Of a stretch of DNA of 64,000 nt, positions 10,737 to 23,862 are shown in pieces. Each line of letters begins with the position of its first letter. The stretch's first letter is position 1. Source of the DNA: Bispira polyomma (Eukaryota); assembly GCA_965649765.1 (NCBI GenBank), contig OZ287754.1, positions 37,138,001 through 37,202,000 on the forward strand, written 5' to 3'. The translations under genes were made by a program, and so were the position numbers. A model generated the notes under the pieces. The model did no database searches, was not told the origin of the DNA, and saw only the letters and a program-made list of their open reading frames with translations.

Positions 10737-13650
10737 ATCTTAATGGGTGGGTTGCAAAAGTGGCAGCTCAAGTAGCCCTGAGAACACAAAAAGCGTTCTG
10801 TACATCAACAAAAAAGTCCTACACTACAATGTTTAGGTTATTTTTGGCTTTTTGTTACTTTGAACCAGTGTGTGTGTGTGTTGCTTCCGTTGTAAGGGTG
10901 GATCTGATGTTTCTAATTCGGTGAATGTTTAGCATAGCTACTTTGTATTCATGGGTAAGGTGTTGTTTGAAGTTGAGGTGCTTATCTAAATAGACTCCTA
11001 GATACTTAATGTCAGCACTTGAATTAACATCTTCACCATTCACTTTTAAACTATGTAAGAAACCTTTTCTGAGTTGCTTTGGATGGCCAAACAGGATGAA
11101 TTCAGTTTTAGAGCTGTTCATTTTAAGACGGTTGGAATCCATCCACAATTTTATATCCTCAGCACAATTTTCTAATGATCTAAGAGTGGTAACTTCAGCT
11201 GAGATGTTGTTGGCTGAGAATGACAATTTGATTGCATGGTCGTCTGCATATCCGTGCAGTGACATATCAGCTGGAACTACGTATTTCAGGGTACTTGCAT
11301 AGCTAGAGTAGAGAGTTAGACCCGCACAACTGCCCTGTGGTACTGAGAAATCTAGTGGCGTTTTATTAGAATAGCTTTTACCTATGTTCACACAGCATGA
11401 TCTTGGGTTTAGATAGTTATTGAACCATTTCAGAGCACTTCCAGATATACCGTTTGTTTAAAACTTTAAGTAGGATTTCATGATCAACTGTGTCGAATGC
11501 AGCTGATAAGTCGATCGCCGTCATTGCAGTTACTTTTTGATGTTCCATGGCCCACAAAATGTCATTTGTTAATTTTACCAGTGCACTCTCAGGAAAAACC
11601 CTGTCTGTAAGCAGACTGATAGTCAGGAAAGAGACTTTGAGTTTCAACATGGTCATTGAATTGTTCCAGAACTGCCTTTTCTAAAACCTTGGATAAAAAT
11701 GACAAATTACTAACTGGTCTGTAGTTACACAATTCTAAGTCTAGTCCTTTTTTCTTGAGAAGTGGTCTGATAACTGCGTTCTTCCATGTACTTGGAAAGG
11801 TACCGGTTTGCAATGACTTATTGATTATGAGAGTGATGTGTTTAATAATGGCTCCAATAACTTTTTTTAACACTTTGGTTGGAAGAGCATCTAATTCACA
11901 AGTTTTGCTAGCCATGCCACAGCTTATGCTATGTACTTCATCTTCACTTAGGGGAACAAAGTTATGTAGTATTGTACAATCCCTTTGTTGTGGCTCAAAT
12001 TTGGGACAACTTTCTAAATCTGTTCTAATTTTCTTAATTTTGTTCAGGAAAAAATCAGCAAATTTATTGGCTAGACTATCATCATCAATGTTGTCAGGAA
12101 AAGGATTTTCTTTGGGGCCTCCAGTGAGTTCGGTGATCAGTTTATAAAGTTTTTTTGAGTCTTTACCACATTCTTCAATCTTTTCACTTAAGATTGAAAT
12201 TTTGGAATTTTTTAACATATACTTGTACTTGTTTCTTTCTATTTTTAAAGCTTTCAGAGTGTCTGGTGTTCGATATCTTCTCCATATTCTTTCTCTTCTT
12301 CTCACTTTCTGTTTTTGTGATTTGATTTCTTCATTATACCATGGAAATTTTCTTCTAGGTACAATTTTGTTTTACGAAGGGGGCATGTTTGTCCAAGCAT
12401 AACTGCAAATTATCTTCAAAAAATTCAACTACATTATCAATAGTCATTGACTCATCAGTAGGCAGTTCAATTTTGCTTAAATCAATGTATAACTGGTCCA
12501 GTTTTCTATTCCATTTTCTCACTGATTATACTTGACTTTTTGGGCTATTTTTGTGACATCTTAAATAACAAATTACAGCACGATGATCTGACACAAATTT
12601 TCCTGGAACACATTTGAATATTAAGTCACTGTCAAATTTGCGAATTACTGCATCTAATATGTGTCCAGCAACATGAGTATAAAAACTAACATGTTGTTTA
12701 CATCCCAGTGAGTTAATTATTTCATTCAGTGTTTCAGTGTCATAGCTTTGCTTGTCATTTAAATGAATGTTGAGGTCACCAAGAGCAATTGAGCAAATGT
12801 AGTTACAAATGAGATAACCACTCCTGTACTCCTAACTTTCCAAGAGTGCCAAGTAGCAAAGAAGACCACTCACACATTCATAGCAAATTACCTATCAGGC
12901 ATAAAGGCAAACATGTCGCTTTATGGATTGGATGTGTCTCCTTTTGCTGATCAGAGAGTCAGGTATTTTCAAAAAGCATTAGCACTCCATAAATCCTTCA
13001 AGGTAAAGATTAATGCAATAATTGACATTGAATTGCAAACAAAGATTTCACTAGTGTGTGACTCAATGTACATGGGTCAAGTGTACAAAGCAGCCTTTCT
13101 ATTGGCATTCTTTTCCTTCTTACGCATCTCAAACCTAGTTCCACACTCGACTGCCTCTTTTTCACCCTTGCAGTAGTTAGCTCGGGCTGACGTATTATTC
13201 GCCCCCCCCCCCTGTGCTCATATTATATCGAAGTGGACAAAAACCCTTCAAACTAGAGATGTCAAAGTTATAAAATTCAAACCTTGGCAAACACACAGAT
13301 TTGCCCTGTATATGCCCTACAGGTTATTTTAGCTGTTACACCTGGTTCTAAATTAAACCTTTATTCCCCCAAAAAAGTAAACTCAAATTGGTTTCCCCTG
13401 ACAGATACCAGAATTTGTAGAAACCTAAAGATAATTCTCACTAGGCCGGGGTCAGAAGACTCCAATGTAACATTCCACTCCTTCAGAAGATCAGGTGCCA
13501 CCCCGGCTTTTAACTCGCAGGTACCTATTCATGTAATTCAAAGCCAGGGCATCTGGTCATCAGACTGTGTATGGCAATACATCACGAAAATCTCCAAGCT
13601 TCTGAACAAGTGGCGCTGGCCTTTCAGTCAACCCATCTACTACTTCCTAG
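10737..13650 (+). pseudogene. E1 tyrosine recombinase, split by the LINE fragment (N-part 10737-about 10860, remainder about 12853-13650)
   Basis: STKKSYTTMFRLFLAF ... IANYLSGIKA ... FFSFLRISNL ... CPV ... HSFRRSGAT ... GIWSSDCVWQY. Confidence 0.88.
10860..12850 (-). mobile_element. L2/CR1-clade LINE ORF2 internal fragment (partial endonuclease plus RT), truncated at both ends
   Basis: GDLNIH, HILD and SDH endonuclease motifs near 12580-12785; NYRPVSNLSFLSKVLEK, DLSAAFDTVDH, VPQGS, YADD and KYLGV RT motifs; frameshifted. Confidence 0.92.
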
Positions 13651-14139
13651 TTGGGCCTTGGTGCTCTTTTTATTTAAATATATATTTTACAACATTTATA
13701 CATCTAGTCAAATCTTAAGGCCACCTTAAATTTACTCTTATAATTTACTACTATAATTAACCTTGAAAATGTAAGGTTAACTTAATTTCAGTTTACATTC
13801 AAAAGTTTTGTAAAGCTTTGTGTAAGTTCAAACTTAATGCCAGTTTTCGTAAACTTTTACTCAAACTTAAATCTAATTCCCACTTTTCATCTTACTTTTC
13901 ATTTACAATTATTAATGCCTTTATATACAATCTGTACATACTTTAGATTAGATATTAAAGCTATAAATCCCAACTGCTGGTTTTATTCGTTTTCCATATT
14001 ATTTGAGTCTCCATCAATCAAATCCAATCTTCAAAGGTCGAGGCACTGTATCTTGATAAATTGAGATAATTAAAAGGAATTTTTTTTCAATTGTGACCAT
14101 ATTATCTCGATAAATCGAACAGCCAACATGGAGAAGGGC

Positions 14140-14420
14140 ACAAACAGTCATAGGGTCAAAAGTTAATCAGCAGTCATAAAGATCAAAAGTAATTAATCAG
14201 CAAACAACCATAGGGACAAAAGTAGTTAATCAGGGCAAGATATAAACAGTCATAGATGTCAAAAGTAATTATTTAATGCGAAATAGAAAGAGTTATAGAG
14301 GTCAAAAGTTGTTAATTAGGACCAAACACAAACGGTCATGGAGGTCAAAGGATAAAAAGTAGTTAATCAGGGCAAGATACAAACAGTCATAGCTAGGGTC
14401 AAAAGCAGTTCATCAGGCTT
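14140..14420. repeat. Degenerate minisatellite (about 30-45 bp units)
   Basis: Recurring cagtcatag(a)ggtcaaaagtagttaatcag. Confidence 0.75.
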
Positions 14421-14907
14421 TCAACAAAAGTAAATTTTAACAAAATTGGTCAGTATTTGTAATTTTATTGACATAAACTATTGTACATTGGAAAATAAAA
14501 TAAATTATACATACATGTATGTCTATACATCATTGTGTGTGTCTATTGTAATATCCGAAATGAATTAATGGTGTCTTTAAGTAAGATCAGCATGTGTCTT
14601 TTGTTGTTGTATAGCCCTAAATACTGACTTCTGAGAACTGTATGTTAATTATATTCTGCTACTACTCATTTCCGCCATTCAGAATCAGAACTTTAACACT
14701 TATTAGCACAATAACCCATTTATTAATTAAAACATTTTGGAGTAATACTTGTGTAATAGTGGACACATATAATTCATGTATACTCAGAATTAAGCCTTTC
14801 AGTCTGCAATGTTTTGGGTCGAAGTCTACGATTTGAATTACCACTGTTTTCCATGTGTAGTTAACTGTCTTTGTGCTTTTATTTACACAAAGTTATGCTT
14901 GCATGGA

Positions 14908-17900
14908 TCAGCAGGTAAATGTCCTTATCCTAAGGTCATTGGGCTTCACATTTAGAATCTCTTTCCCATCTTCTTTATCATTTGTTATTGAGCTTCTGCA
15001 GTAGTATACTACAGACATCAGATATGCAATGGCCGCACCAATGAGCGCTATTGTTCCTGATATGTACAATGGTAAATTATAATTTTGTGTCACATCAAAG
15101 ATCCACCCTGTGAAATGCAATACATGTATATATTTTATGCGACATTTTAGTTAACTGATGCCCTTACAACTATTTTTTAGTTCATTGTGAAAAGGAAAAA
15201 TCTTTTGTTCATTCTGGTATTATGTATGACTCAAATCTGCAAACAGAAAACTCATTTATTAATGAATTAAATTTATAACATCAATCATTGAGTTGAAAGG
15301 TCCAAGTAAAATAATTGTACATACCTGTTACAGGTGTTGCAGTAAAAATAGAAATGGCACAAAAAAGATTTGTCAGAGCCCTTGATTTTCCAAATCTGGT
15401 AACTCCAACCAGTCGTACTGTCGATAGCAATATCATTGGAACAAGTAATCCTGAAACAGAGCATAAAAACCTGTAAATAGGAAATGTTTGCTGCAAGGTA
15501 ACCATGCAGTATGTTGCAGTTGAATACTAAAATAACTTTTATTCAAGTATACCGGAATAAAAAGTATATGCTAAAAATTAGAAAACAAGATTAAGACATT
15601 AAAACAAAATAAGAATATTTGCTGTTTAGCTACCTTGGGATGCTCCAAAGATCATAGAACAAATAATCAGCAAATAATATGAAGAGGAGGCCAGTGGGAC
15701 TAAACAGGAGGTCAATCCTTGGACACTTCCACACACTGCAAATATCACTAGGGAATTTATGCTTGTATAAAAGACAGTAACACCTGAGAAAATAAGTCTT
15801 GCCATCAGACTAGTCGTACATAGCACTGTTATAAGAAATCCTGCCCACTTCAAACTGTAACCCATGTATAATGTTCTACTTGGTGTGTGGTCCATAAAAG
15901 CAACTGCATTAAATCGTGTGAGAACTACGGACATAATAAGTAATATGAAGGAGAAATTCTTGCACAAAGAAAGGTCACAGATGCCTCTGTTGCCACTTGG
16001 TGTACCTCTACTTTTTCCGTTCAAGTCAGGTACCTGTTGTTTCTTAGTTTTCTTTAATTGCTTTGCAGGCCAGAATGTTCCTGACAAAATGATAGTGTTC
16101 ATTATGATTCCACTGTGTAATAACAAAGTTCCCTTCAGGCCGTAAGTGTCCAGGAAGTAGTTGCTGATAATTGGTGAAAATAAATTTCCCAGTGGAATGC
16201 CACAGCAAACAAGTGAAGTGGCCAAACTTCTGTGTTTTGTGAAGTGTTTCTGGATGCTCACTGACAAGCATAACATCATAGAGTTAACGCCAGTACCTGT
16301 TACAAACGAAAGGATGTTTTTTATATAGCTTGAAATGAGATAGCTTGAACACTGTACATTACATTCATTTAAAAGTGGTTATTTTAGAATTTGTAGACAA
16401 ATAATTTTAACTTTAATGAAAATCTTTATAATGAACATTTTTTGTAATTTTATTGCACCAATTCTCGGTTACAGATGCATCACTAGCAACCCAAATAACC
16501 TACATTATGATATGGCAGTTGTTATAGAAATCAGTTAACAGAAACAATTGTCTCCCAGTGACACAATGCATGTATATACCTGTTATAGCACCATATGTCA
16601 AGTACAGATAATAGACATTGGGTGCAAACACACTGCTGAAAATTCCTGTAGTAGTTATGCAAGCTCCAACCATAGCAACCTTTCTCTCCCCATACTTGTC
16701 AAGGAGGGCACTTGCTAGAAGTCCTGAAAGAGTCCCATTGATGAACTGATGGACAAATTATACTTTTTATACTTATATAAATGCGTGTGATAATTTAGAT
16801 TAATATGAAAACCACATAATGATGTAGAATTGAGAAACTATTCCAGTACAATTTAAGTCTTGGCGATTTGTTAAGTATTCAAATTAAATAGCCATCCTGT
16901 CCCTTTTCATGTATTCTGTCATCAAAATACCAGCAAGGAATCTCGTTAAATAAGGACTGATTTTTCGGTCTAGTATCACACATACAGAAATTTAATAGCA
17001 ATTTACTCTTGAACATATTAAACTGAAGTAGAAGTTGAATAAGTAACTGTGTTATTTTAATGCAGACAAAGCTATTGTAAAAGCTGTTATAGAAAAAAAA
17101 ATATATTATGTATAATACAAGTACCAGATATACCACTCAAAGGACCAATAGGTGTAATATGTATAATACAAGATATACAACTTAAAAGACCAATAGATCC
17201 GCGTAATATGTATACTACAAGTACAAGATATACTACTAAAATGACCAATAGATCAGTGTAATATTTATAATACAAGATATACCACATAAAGGACCAATAG
17301 GTGTAATATGTATACTACAAGTACAAGATATACCACTTAATGGACCAATAGATCCGTGTAAAGCATTAATAAATCCTGCAGCTGCTTTGGTTGTTTGAAA
17401 TGTTTCTGTAATCTTCACATAATACATTCCAAAACACAAGAAGTGATAGCCCATGATGATGTTAAATATAATACATGCTGCAAGCAAGACCCAGGAATCC
17501 ACTGGTTCATTTGGTAATTCAGCCTATAAAAATACAACAGCTTAGACTATGTATAGAGCAAACAAAATAAAATGCTTAAATAAATACCAAATAGTTACAA
17601 CTATATCACATTATTGTTACTGACATCAGTATTACAGTTCCTCGGTGTCAAATCCATATGTTTTGATATAGTTAACTACATTGAACACAGTAAAAGATTA
17701 TGGTAAATATTTCATTATTTGACTAAGTTTGTTAAAAGACTAATAGATTTTATATACAGTTTAGTTTGAGGTGGGGGCATAGGGTGACCATAGAGAGAGT
17801 TTAAGGTAACCGTAAATTAGGAAAGAAATTCAGATTGAGGTTTAAATTTTGAAGTTATATGGATGAGTACATTAACTTACCCAATATAAGTTGACCTTAT

Positions 17901-18811
17901 GCTCTAATACTGTAAACTATATTTTATTAAACTATTGTAGTCATGTTTCGTAAAATAATTGTTAATGTAAATAATCTTACATAATTATTTTTTGATGGTG
18001 TTTTTAATATTTCCAATATTGTAAAAAGACATTGGGTTGATTTTTAAAAATCTAGCAAAAGTAATTTCTTCTTTGAATTGACCATTTTCTTTTGTAAATA
18101 CATTGTGTGCCAAAGTTTTGACAAGTCAATCAGTTTTGTGTTGTTTTGTAATATTTCTTTTTTAGCAATATTTTTTAACTCCCCCGTGGCCTAGTGGTTA
18201 GAGAATTGGTCTGGTGATCAGAAGGGCCCTGGTTCGATTCCCGTTACCAGCCACTAGTTTCATCTTGGGAAAGATGTGCACACACGTTTCCCTTGTGGCT
18301 TGGATGAACACTTAAAATGATGATCCTCTGTCACTGGGTTCTATCCCTAGTGGCAAGGTAATGATCTTTAGGGACGTTGATAAATAGTCATCCTCAAGCC
18401 TCTTTCTGTAGTTATGGGAATGACAGTAACTGATGCAGTTACAGTCAGGAAAGCGTTAAACGGCACTTTGAATACCAGATGATGGTAGATATATGCACTG
18501 ATTATAAATTTTAATAAGATCAGAATAAGATAATATTTGTAAATTGTAAATAGTGTTCAACACATGGTATTCTTACACCGTACACACTGAACCTAATCTA
18601 ATCTAATTGATAGTCATTTTGTTAAGCAAAGTGCATGCTAAATTGAATTTACCTGTTTCTGTGTCTTTCCAATTTCTGTTTTATTTTCCCTGTGATCAAA
18701 ATAGACCAAAATATCCGGAGCTGACATGAAAAATGCCTTGTCTTCTGAGCTTTGTTCTGCAAGGCTGTTTAAGCGCCTTACATGTCTCTTTTTTAAAAGT
18801 TCTTTATCCAT
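14908..18811 (-). CDS. SLC16/MCT-like transporter, paralog 2; 6 coding exons, about 493 aa
   Basis: Exons 18811-18653, 17523-17334, 16723-16580, 16296-15634, 15450-15325 and 15107-14908. Exon lengths (159/190/144/663/126/200) and phases match paralog 1 and the protein is highly similar. Confidence 0.9.
17110..17361. repeat. Same donor-containing minisatellite in paralog 2 (x5)
   Basis: Same unit with fewer copies; true donor at 17334/17333. Confidence 0.88.
18180..18510 (+). mobile_element. tRNA-derived SINE, paralog of 3993-4320
   Basis: A box gtggcctagtggttag and B box ggttcgattccc; its central segment recurs at about 62115-62180. Confidence 0.75.
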
Positions 18812-20139
18812 TTCATGTAACTGTAGTCAGAGAACAGAACAAAATGTGCAGTGGACAGTTTACTGTAACATTTTATGTGTAATATGTGGGTAGTTTATCC
18901 ATTAAGTGCATATTAGATATTAAAGATAAGAAACTGTTAAGTTATTATAGAGTACTACTTACATGTTAGTATAAGGTAATATGGCAATCAATAAAAGTAT
19001 TCAAGTGTTCATCACATGATTAATAAGTGCTGCCCTTAAATACTGCTACAGGTAACTGTATAATTTATAGTACGTACACTGTTTTCAGAACTTTACTTCA
19101 ACATTATTTCACTGTTAAAACTTGTTGTTCAAAATTATTAATACAAATCTTTTCCCATGAACATTTTGTCTTAATTTTCAGGCTTACATGGAAACATAGC
19201 TGAACATGCATTAAGTAGTATAGCATACTATTAGATGGCATGTAGGTACTGCTGATCAGTATTGCCTAGCTGGGAAAGTAATATCGTTAGAATAGTATTG
19301 AATAGTATAAGTAGTACACCATAGTGATATGAGCAACCACTAAAATATCCCACACAAATTGATATAGGGAGATTTGTAAAACTGAAATTAAGTCATCATT
19401 CCCTGCATGCGCCTATAAGCATCCATGTATGAAGTTGGGGTATTTCTATAAGTGATCTTTCTGTGTGTGTAAACAGGGTATCGGAAGATAGACAACGTGC
19501 ATTATTAGTAATTAATGATTGTGAAAAATTTAGGGTTGTCTGAACTTGAGTGTATGCTCTGGGTAGCCGGTGCCCATTGACCGTGTGGAGGATCCTGTTT
19601 CCTAAATAATACGTCTAAATGGCCAGGGTTGAATAGGAGCTCTGAGAAGCTTGACCCTCTGCTGGTGATTTGGTGCCCTAGGCTCCCACCCCGGGGCGAC
19701 ACTGGGCAGATCACTACGACCACCAATGGGGAAGACTACAGGGAAAATAGTTCAACAAAAACTTTGACAAGTCAGGCTTGGTTTATGACCTCACTTGAAG
19801 TACAATGTCTATTTATGCCTCAGTTATGGTGGAGTGCACTTGAGCAATGAACCTGAAACATTAAAGTGACACTGGATGGACGTTCACACATTTAAAGTTG
19901 GGGGTGATACCCAATTTTGGGTTAATAATACTTACAACTGGCTTTGCCTATGTTATTGAACAAATGGAAGGATAATGTACCAGTATTTAAACATGAAGTA
20001 CTAGATATTCTTTGTTCTATATTTATGTTTTAAAAGGCTAGTCCTGATATTATTCACTTGTCAGCCATGAGTTAGACATGGTGTAATTTACCCAAATAGT
20101 TAACATATACTTGAAGTTATGTTGGGGCTTTGAGATTAT

Positions 20140-20420
20140 TAATGAGTGTCTTGAGGGGATATGTGTAGAGGGTAAAAGATGAGGTCTGAGTCCTGACCCT
20201 GGAATTTGAAAGAGGATTAGAAGTGATCATTAGAAGTGATAATCCAGTTTGATGCATAATGATATGTCAAAGACAGTGCCATTTAGTCTAAACCACTGTT
20301 TAAGGGTGTCAAATAGTAAAAGCCATGATCAATGGTTTCAAAAGTTGCTGATAGATCTAGAAGGGTGAGGACTATAGATTCATCACGATCAAAGGAGTAA
20401 TAATCCAGGGCAAGGTTTAT
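20140..20420 (-). mobile_element. Decayed L2/CR1 RT fragment, specific to duplication copy 2
   Basis: Minus-strand LTLLDLSATFETID and QG..L.P.LF.LYT.PL-like remnants. Confidence 0.65.
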
Positions 20421-20799
20421 GTCATTACTGATTGTATCACCTAATATCAGTCTTGTGATCTAACTCCTTCAACTGTACTTTTTTTCCAATATAAGTTAAT
20501 AGTTCTATATGGCCCAATCTCTAAAGACTGCATCTAACCAGTCTTCTGTCGACTATTGGGTTAGACTAGTTCTCCCCTACACTCTTCTCTGCCACTGCAT
20601 GGCTCATGTAGATAAACATCCGGCACTATGTTGACCTCAGTGGAGAATTCTATGTATCTGTCCTCCATTGGTGTACCAGGGTCTCCCAGAAACGTCATCT
20701 GAAATATCAACAGTCTGAGGTATCATACAATAGCGCATATGAGATTTCAATGATGATTACACAAAATAAATTCGAAAGCAACCAATTAAACCAATTACT

Positions 20800-21300
20800 C
20801 AATTACTTTACAGTATAGTAAATGAGATGTCATGTAAAATATAAATAGTCTAAATTACTATACAGTAGATACTATAAGAAGGTCATCTGGTGTGTGGACA
20901 ATCTATATTACTGTACAGTTGAAAGTATAAAAAGGTCATCTGACAAACTCACAGTGTGAATTAATAAAAGAGAGAGGCCATTTGAAATATGAACACTACT
21001 GTACACTATTAATGTACAGGTGATAGGATAAGTCATCTGAAGTATAAACACTAATGTCCACTATTAATGTACGGGTGATAGGATAAGTCATCTGAAGTAT
21101 GAACACTAATGTCCACTATTACTGTACAGTTAATAGTATAAATCATCTCAAGTTTATACAGTTAATACTATAAGTCATCTGAAGTACTATGATGAACAGT
21201 CTAAATTACTATAAAAATAGAAAATAGAAAAAGGTCATCTGACGTTTTAACAGTCTAAATTACTATTCAGTAATAAAAATGAGGTTTTCTGAAGGTATGA
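20800..21300. repeat. Degenerate minisatellite, paralog of 5890-6290
   Basis: Same recurring unit with extra internal copies of about 56 bp at about 20990-21190. Confidence 0.7.
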
Positions 21301-23544
21301 ATAGCCTCAATTACTTTACATGATAGTAAATACAGTGTAGAGACGTCCTCACTATTCAGTTTCCTTTTCTTATCTGTGAATGTTTACCCTAATGGCTATC
21401 AAATGACACACCTCATTACAGATTACAGAGTCCAAAGAAAGATACAGAAATCTTCTCTACTATAACCAAGGCATAAAGGTACTATATGCTACATATCAAC
21501 ATGCACAGAAGGGCCTTTTTCATTACACGGATCATAGATACCACATGTGTTGGGGAATATTATGTTGCAAAAGTCAATAAACACTAACATACGAAATGCT
21601 GAAATCTGTGTGCGATTGCAATGGAAAGTCTTTACTTTCAAAAGACAATGTTTTGGTTTGTGGTGAACGTCATTATTTTCAATACATAGTACGAGGGTGT
21701 GAGAAGAAAGAGCTGTGCTAGAAACACATATGATTATTAAGCTAACTAGACCTGGACCAGACAAATTACAGAATAACTAAACTGCTCAATGCAAACATGT
21801 CAGACGAATAAGACAGACTGGCTTACATTAAAAAGTGTTCCAGGTTGTGCTACTTCCATAAAGATAACAGACCAAATTGGCTGCTACATTAGGTTTTCCA
21901 ATGAATGAAGACTTTGTATTATAGGTGACATTTAAGTGATCTACTTCCATTAGTCAGAGTTTCAACAACAACAACAAAAAAAAAAAAAACCAGTCAGAAA
22001 ACATTTGCACAGACAATGTATTTACAATCGTGTAACAAATAGAAAACTAAAAGCTCAATTTGTCAAACAGACAAAAATGTTGCCACTAAAGAAGATATTA
22101 CAGGTTTAATTTCCAGAGGTATGTATATATAATTTCACTAGGTACTCTATCAGGATCATTTATGTGCAAAATAAGGCTATTTCTTTCAGCATTGTGTCTG
22201 TGTCAGACAAGCCCTCTAACCCAATGTCAGTCAGTGATGTTAACTAATGAGTGGCCAGTACCTAATCAGTGTGTTTATCCACATTACTCTGATGAAGGCT
22301 ATCTAGGTGACAGTAGTAGCAGTCTTACCCACACAAAAACACAAAGTAGCCTTCTCTTATTAGGGTTTGATATTAACCGAATAAACTAGCATCTCAGCCA
22401 TTAATTCAGTAAAACATATCTACTGTTACATGTAATGACTACCCGGATAAAAACCCAGAAATAGAACAGGATTTTGTGGATGTTAAGTATGGTAAATCAA
22501 GGTAACATTGTGAATAAGTGTAAAACCTGTTATATAATTTATCAATACTTAAGGCACACTCATCCATTCGATATATGAATCCTGTGTGGCAATGTATAAT
22601 AACAACTTCACAGTTTTGACCTATAGAATAAACTTTTTATTTTGTTGCTTTTTTGTAGGCTCTGCAAATTGTGTGAATAAAAACATCTTTGTGACATCAG
22701 TGTAACACTCTGCTACGATCCAAAAAAATGTCCCTGTGATGCTTTTCCTTTAATGGACATTTGAGCTTAAAATGGGAAATTCAAGATGGGATAAAACAAG
22801 TTCCTTGTCAGAGAGGTATTTGTACAGGTTATGAAGTGTAATGTGAGTGACATCATTACCACAGCTATCAGTTACTACTCTGTTTTGAAACACGGCTATC
22901 TGACACTACGATTACATATAAAAATCCTTTGGTGTTCTTTGTGAACATCATAAGGTTAGCAGGGAATATGGCTGATATATAAAAGAGATTATTTGATAAT
23001 ATTCAACTTTTTAAATATATTAATACTGTATAGTTCGTGACCAACTAGTTATATGACGTATATAGATGATAAACAAGATATCAAGGTACCTTAAAACTGG
23101 TATATAATGTAAAATGTATTAGTGCATATCAGTATATAAATCCCACCATTTTACATTCTATGAACATTTATTTACCACATATTTATAGATTGCTGTCACA
23201 ATTTATGGTATTAAACCTTTTAAACCTTGGTAACAGTGGTGTGTGTTTAGTAAGTTAATGACACTTACATAAATCAGGTGGCCCGTGTATAGATACTGTG
23301 TTTTTACACCTTATAAAAATTGTAAATATTATCAAATAAAGAGACATTGACCGAGACATATGACAAGAAATTTGGTAAAATCACCTTTTTTATGGTAAAA
23401 CGTTTTCTTTTTTTTTTTAGAAAAAATGGAAATGACAGTGACAAATTATAGTTAATACTAGTTTCAACAGCCATAAGACATACAACTAAAAAGACTATTG
23501 CAAATTGCCACTGATGACTCTATGTAACATTAACACGTGATCAG

Positions 23545-23769
23545 TGTGCATAGCAAGTCCACCCCAGGGGACTGCTAGATCAGTCCAACCTCCTTTTTCT
23601 ATCACACTACTTTAATCCCTAGCGAATGCAATAGCATTATCCAACTTTCTGTCCATCTGGGCCTTGTCCAATCACAGCATTAGCTATTAGTGACCCCTAA
23701 GCTAGGATAGCTATCCTCCATATTGAATTTGTGTTTTCACCTGTGAACAGGACATTTAGAAAATTGAAA
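23545..23769 (+). repeat. E2 split direct repeat A1
   Basis: Matches 28890-29104 except for one central block. Confidence 0.95.
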
Positions 23770-23862
23770 TTTTAACCACGTATTTACACTGAATTGGTTT
23801 TATTTATATTTTATTTTTTTTATTAACTGACGTGGTATGGGAACTAGTGATTGTTGTGTGAA

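Larger units (their letters stand above)
7580..13960 (+). mobile_element. YR retrotransposon E1 (DIRS order, Ngaro/PAT-like), decayed and interrupted by a LINE fragment
   Basis: Order gag - RT (KQDISRAFRH, YIDD) - RNase H (HLEMVN, HCDN, AADLLSR) - YR (FLRISN, HSFRRSGAT). Many stops and frameshifts; boundaries approximate; no A2-B2 repeats seen. Confidence 0.9.
14705..21645. repeat. Segmental duplication unit, copy 2
   Basis: Direct-orientation paralog of about 340-6923, with copy-specific indels (extra about 19600-20470 here; SINE 6305-6564 absent here). Confidence 0.9.

Noticed and set aside
10238-10924. Apparent natural RNase H-YR fusion ORF in E1
   Set aside because: Best explained by an indel in a decayed copy: E2 and E4 have RNase H and YR in different frames, and the ORF tail runs into antisense LINE sequence.
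18180-18255. tRNA gene candidates (also 6480-6564 on the minus strand)
   Set aside because: A and B boxes are present, but they continue into SINE bodies and tails and no convincing cloverleaf could be drawn.
23505-23545. Hammerhead ribozyme core CTGATGA next to the E2 left end (also 22289 and minus strand 54357-54363)
   Set aside because: No correctly placed stem II plus GAAA, and no matching stems I/III.
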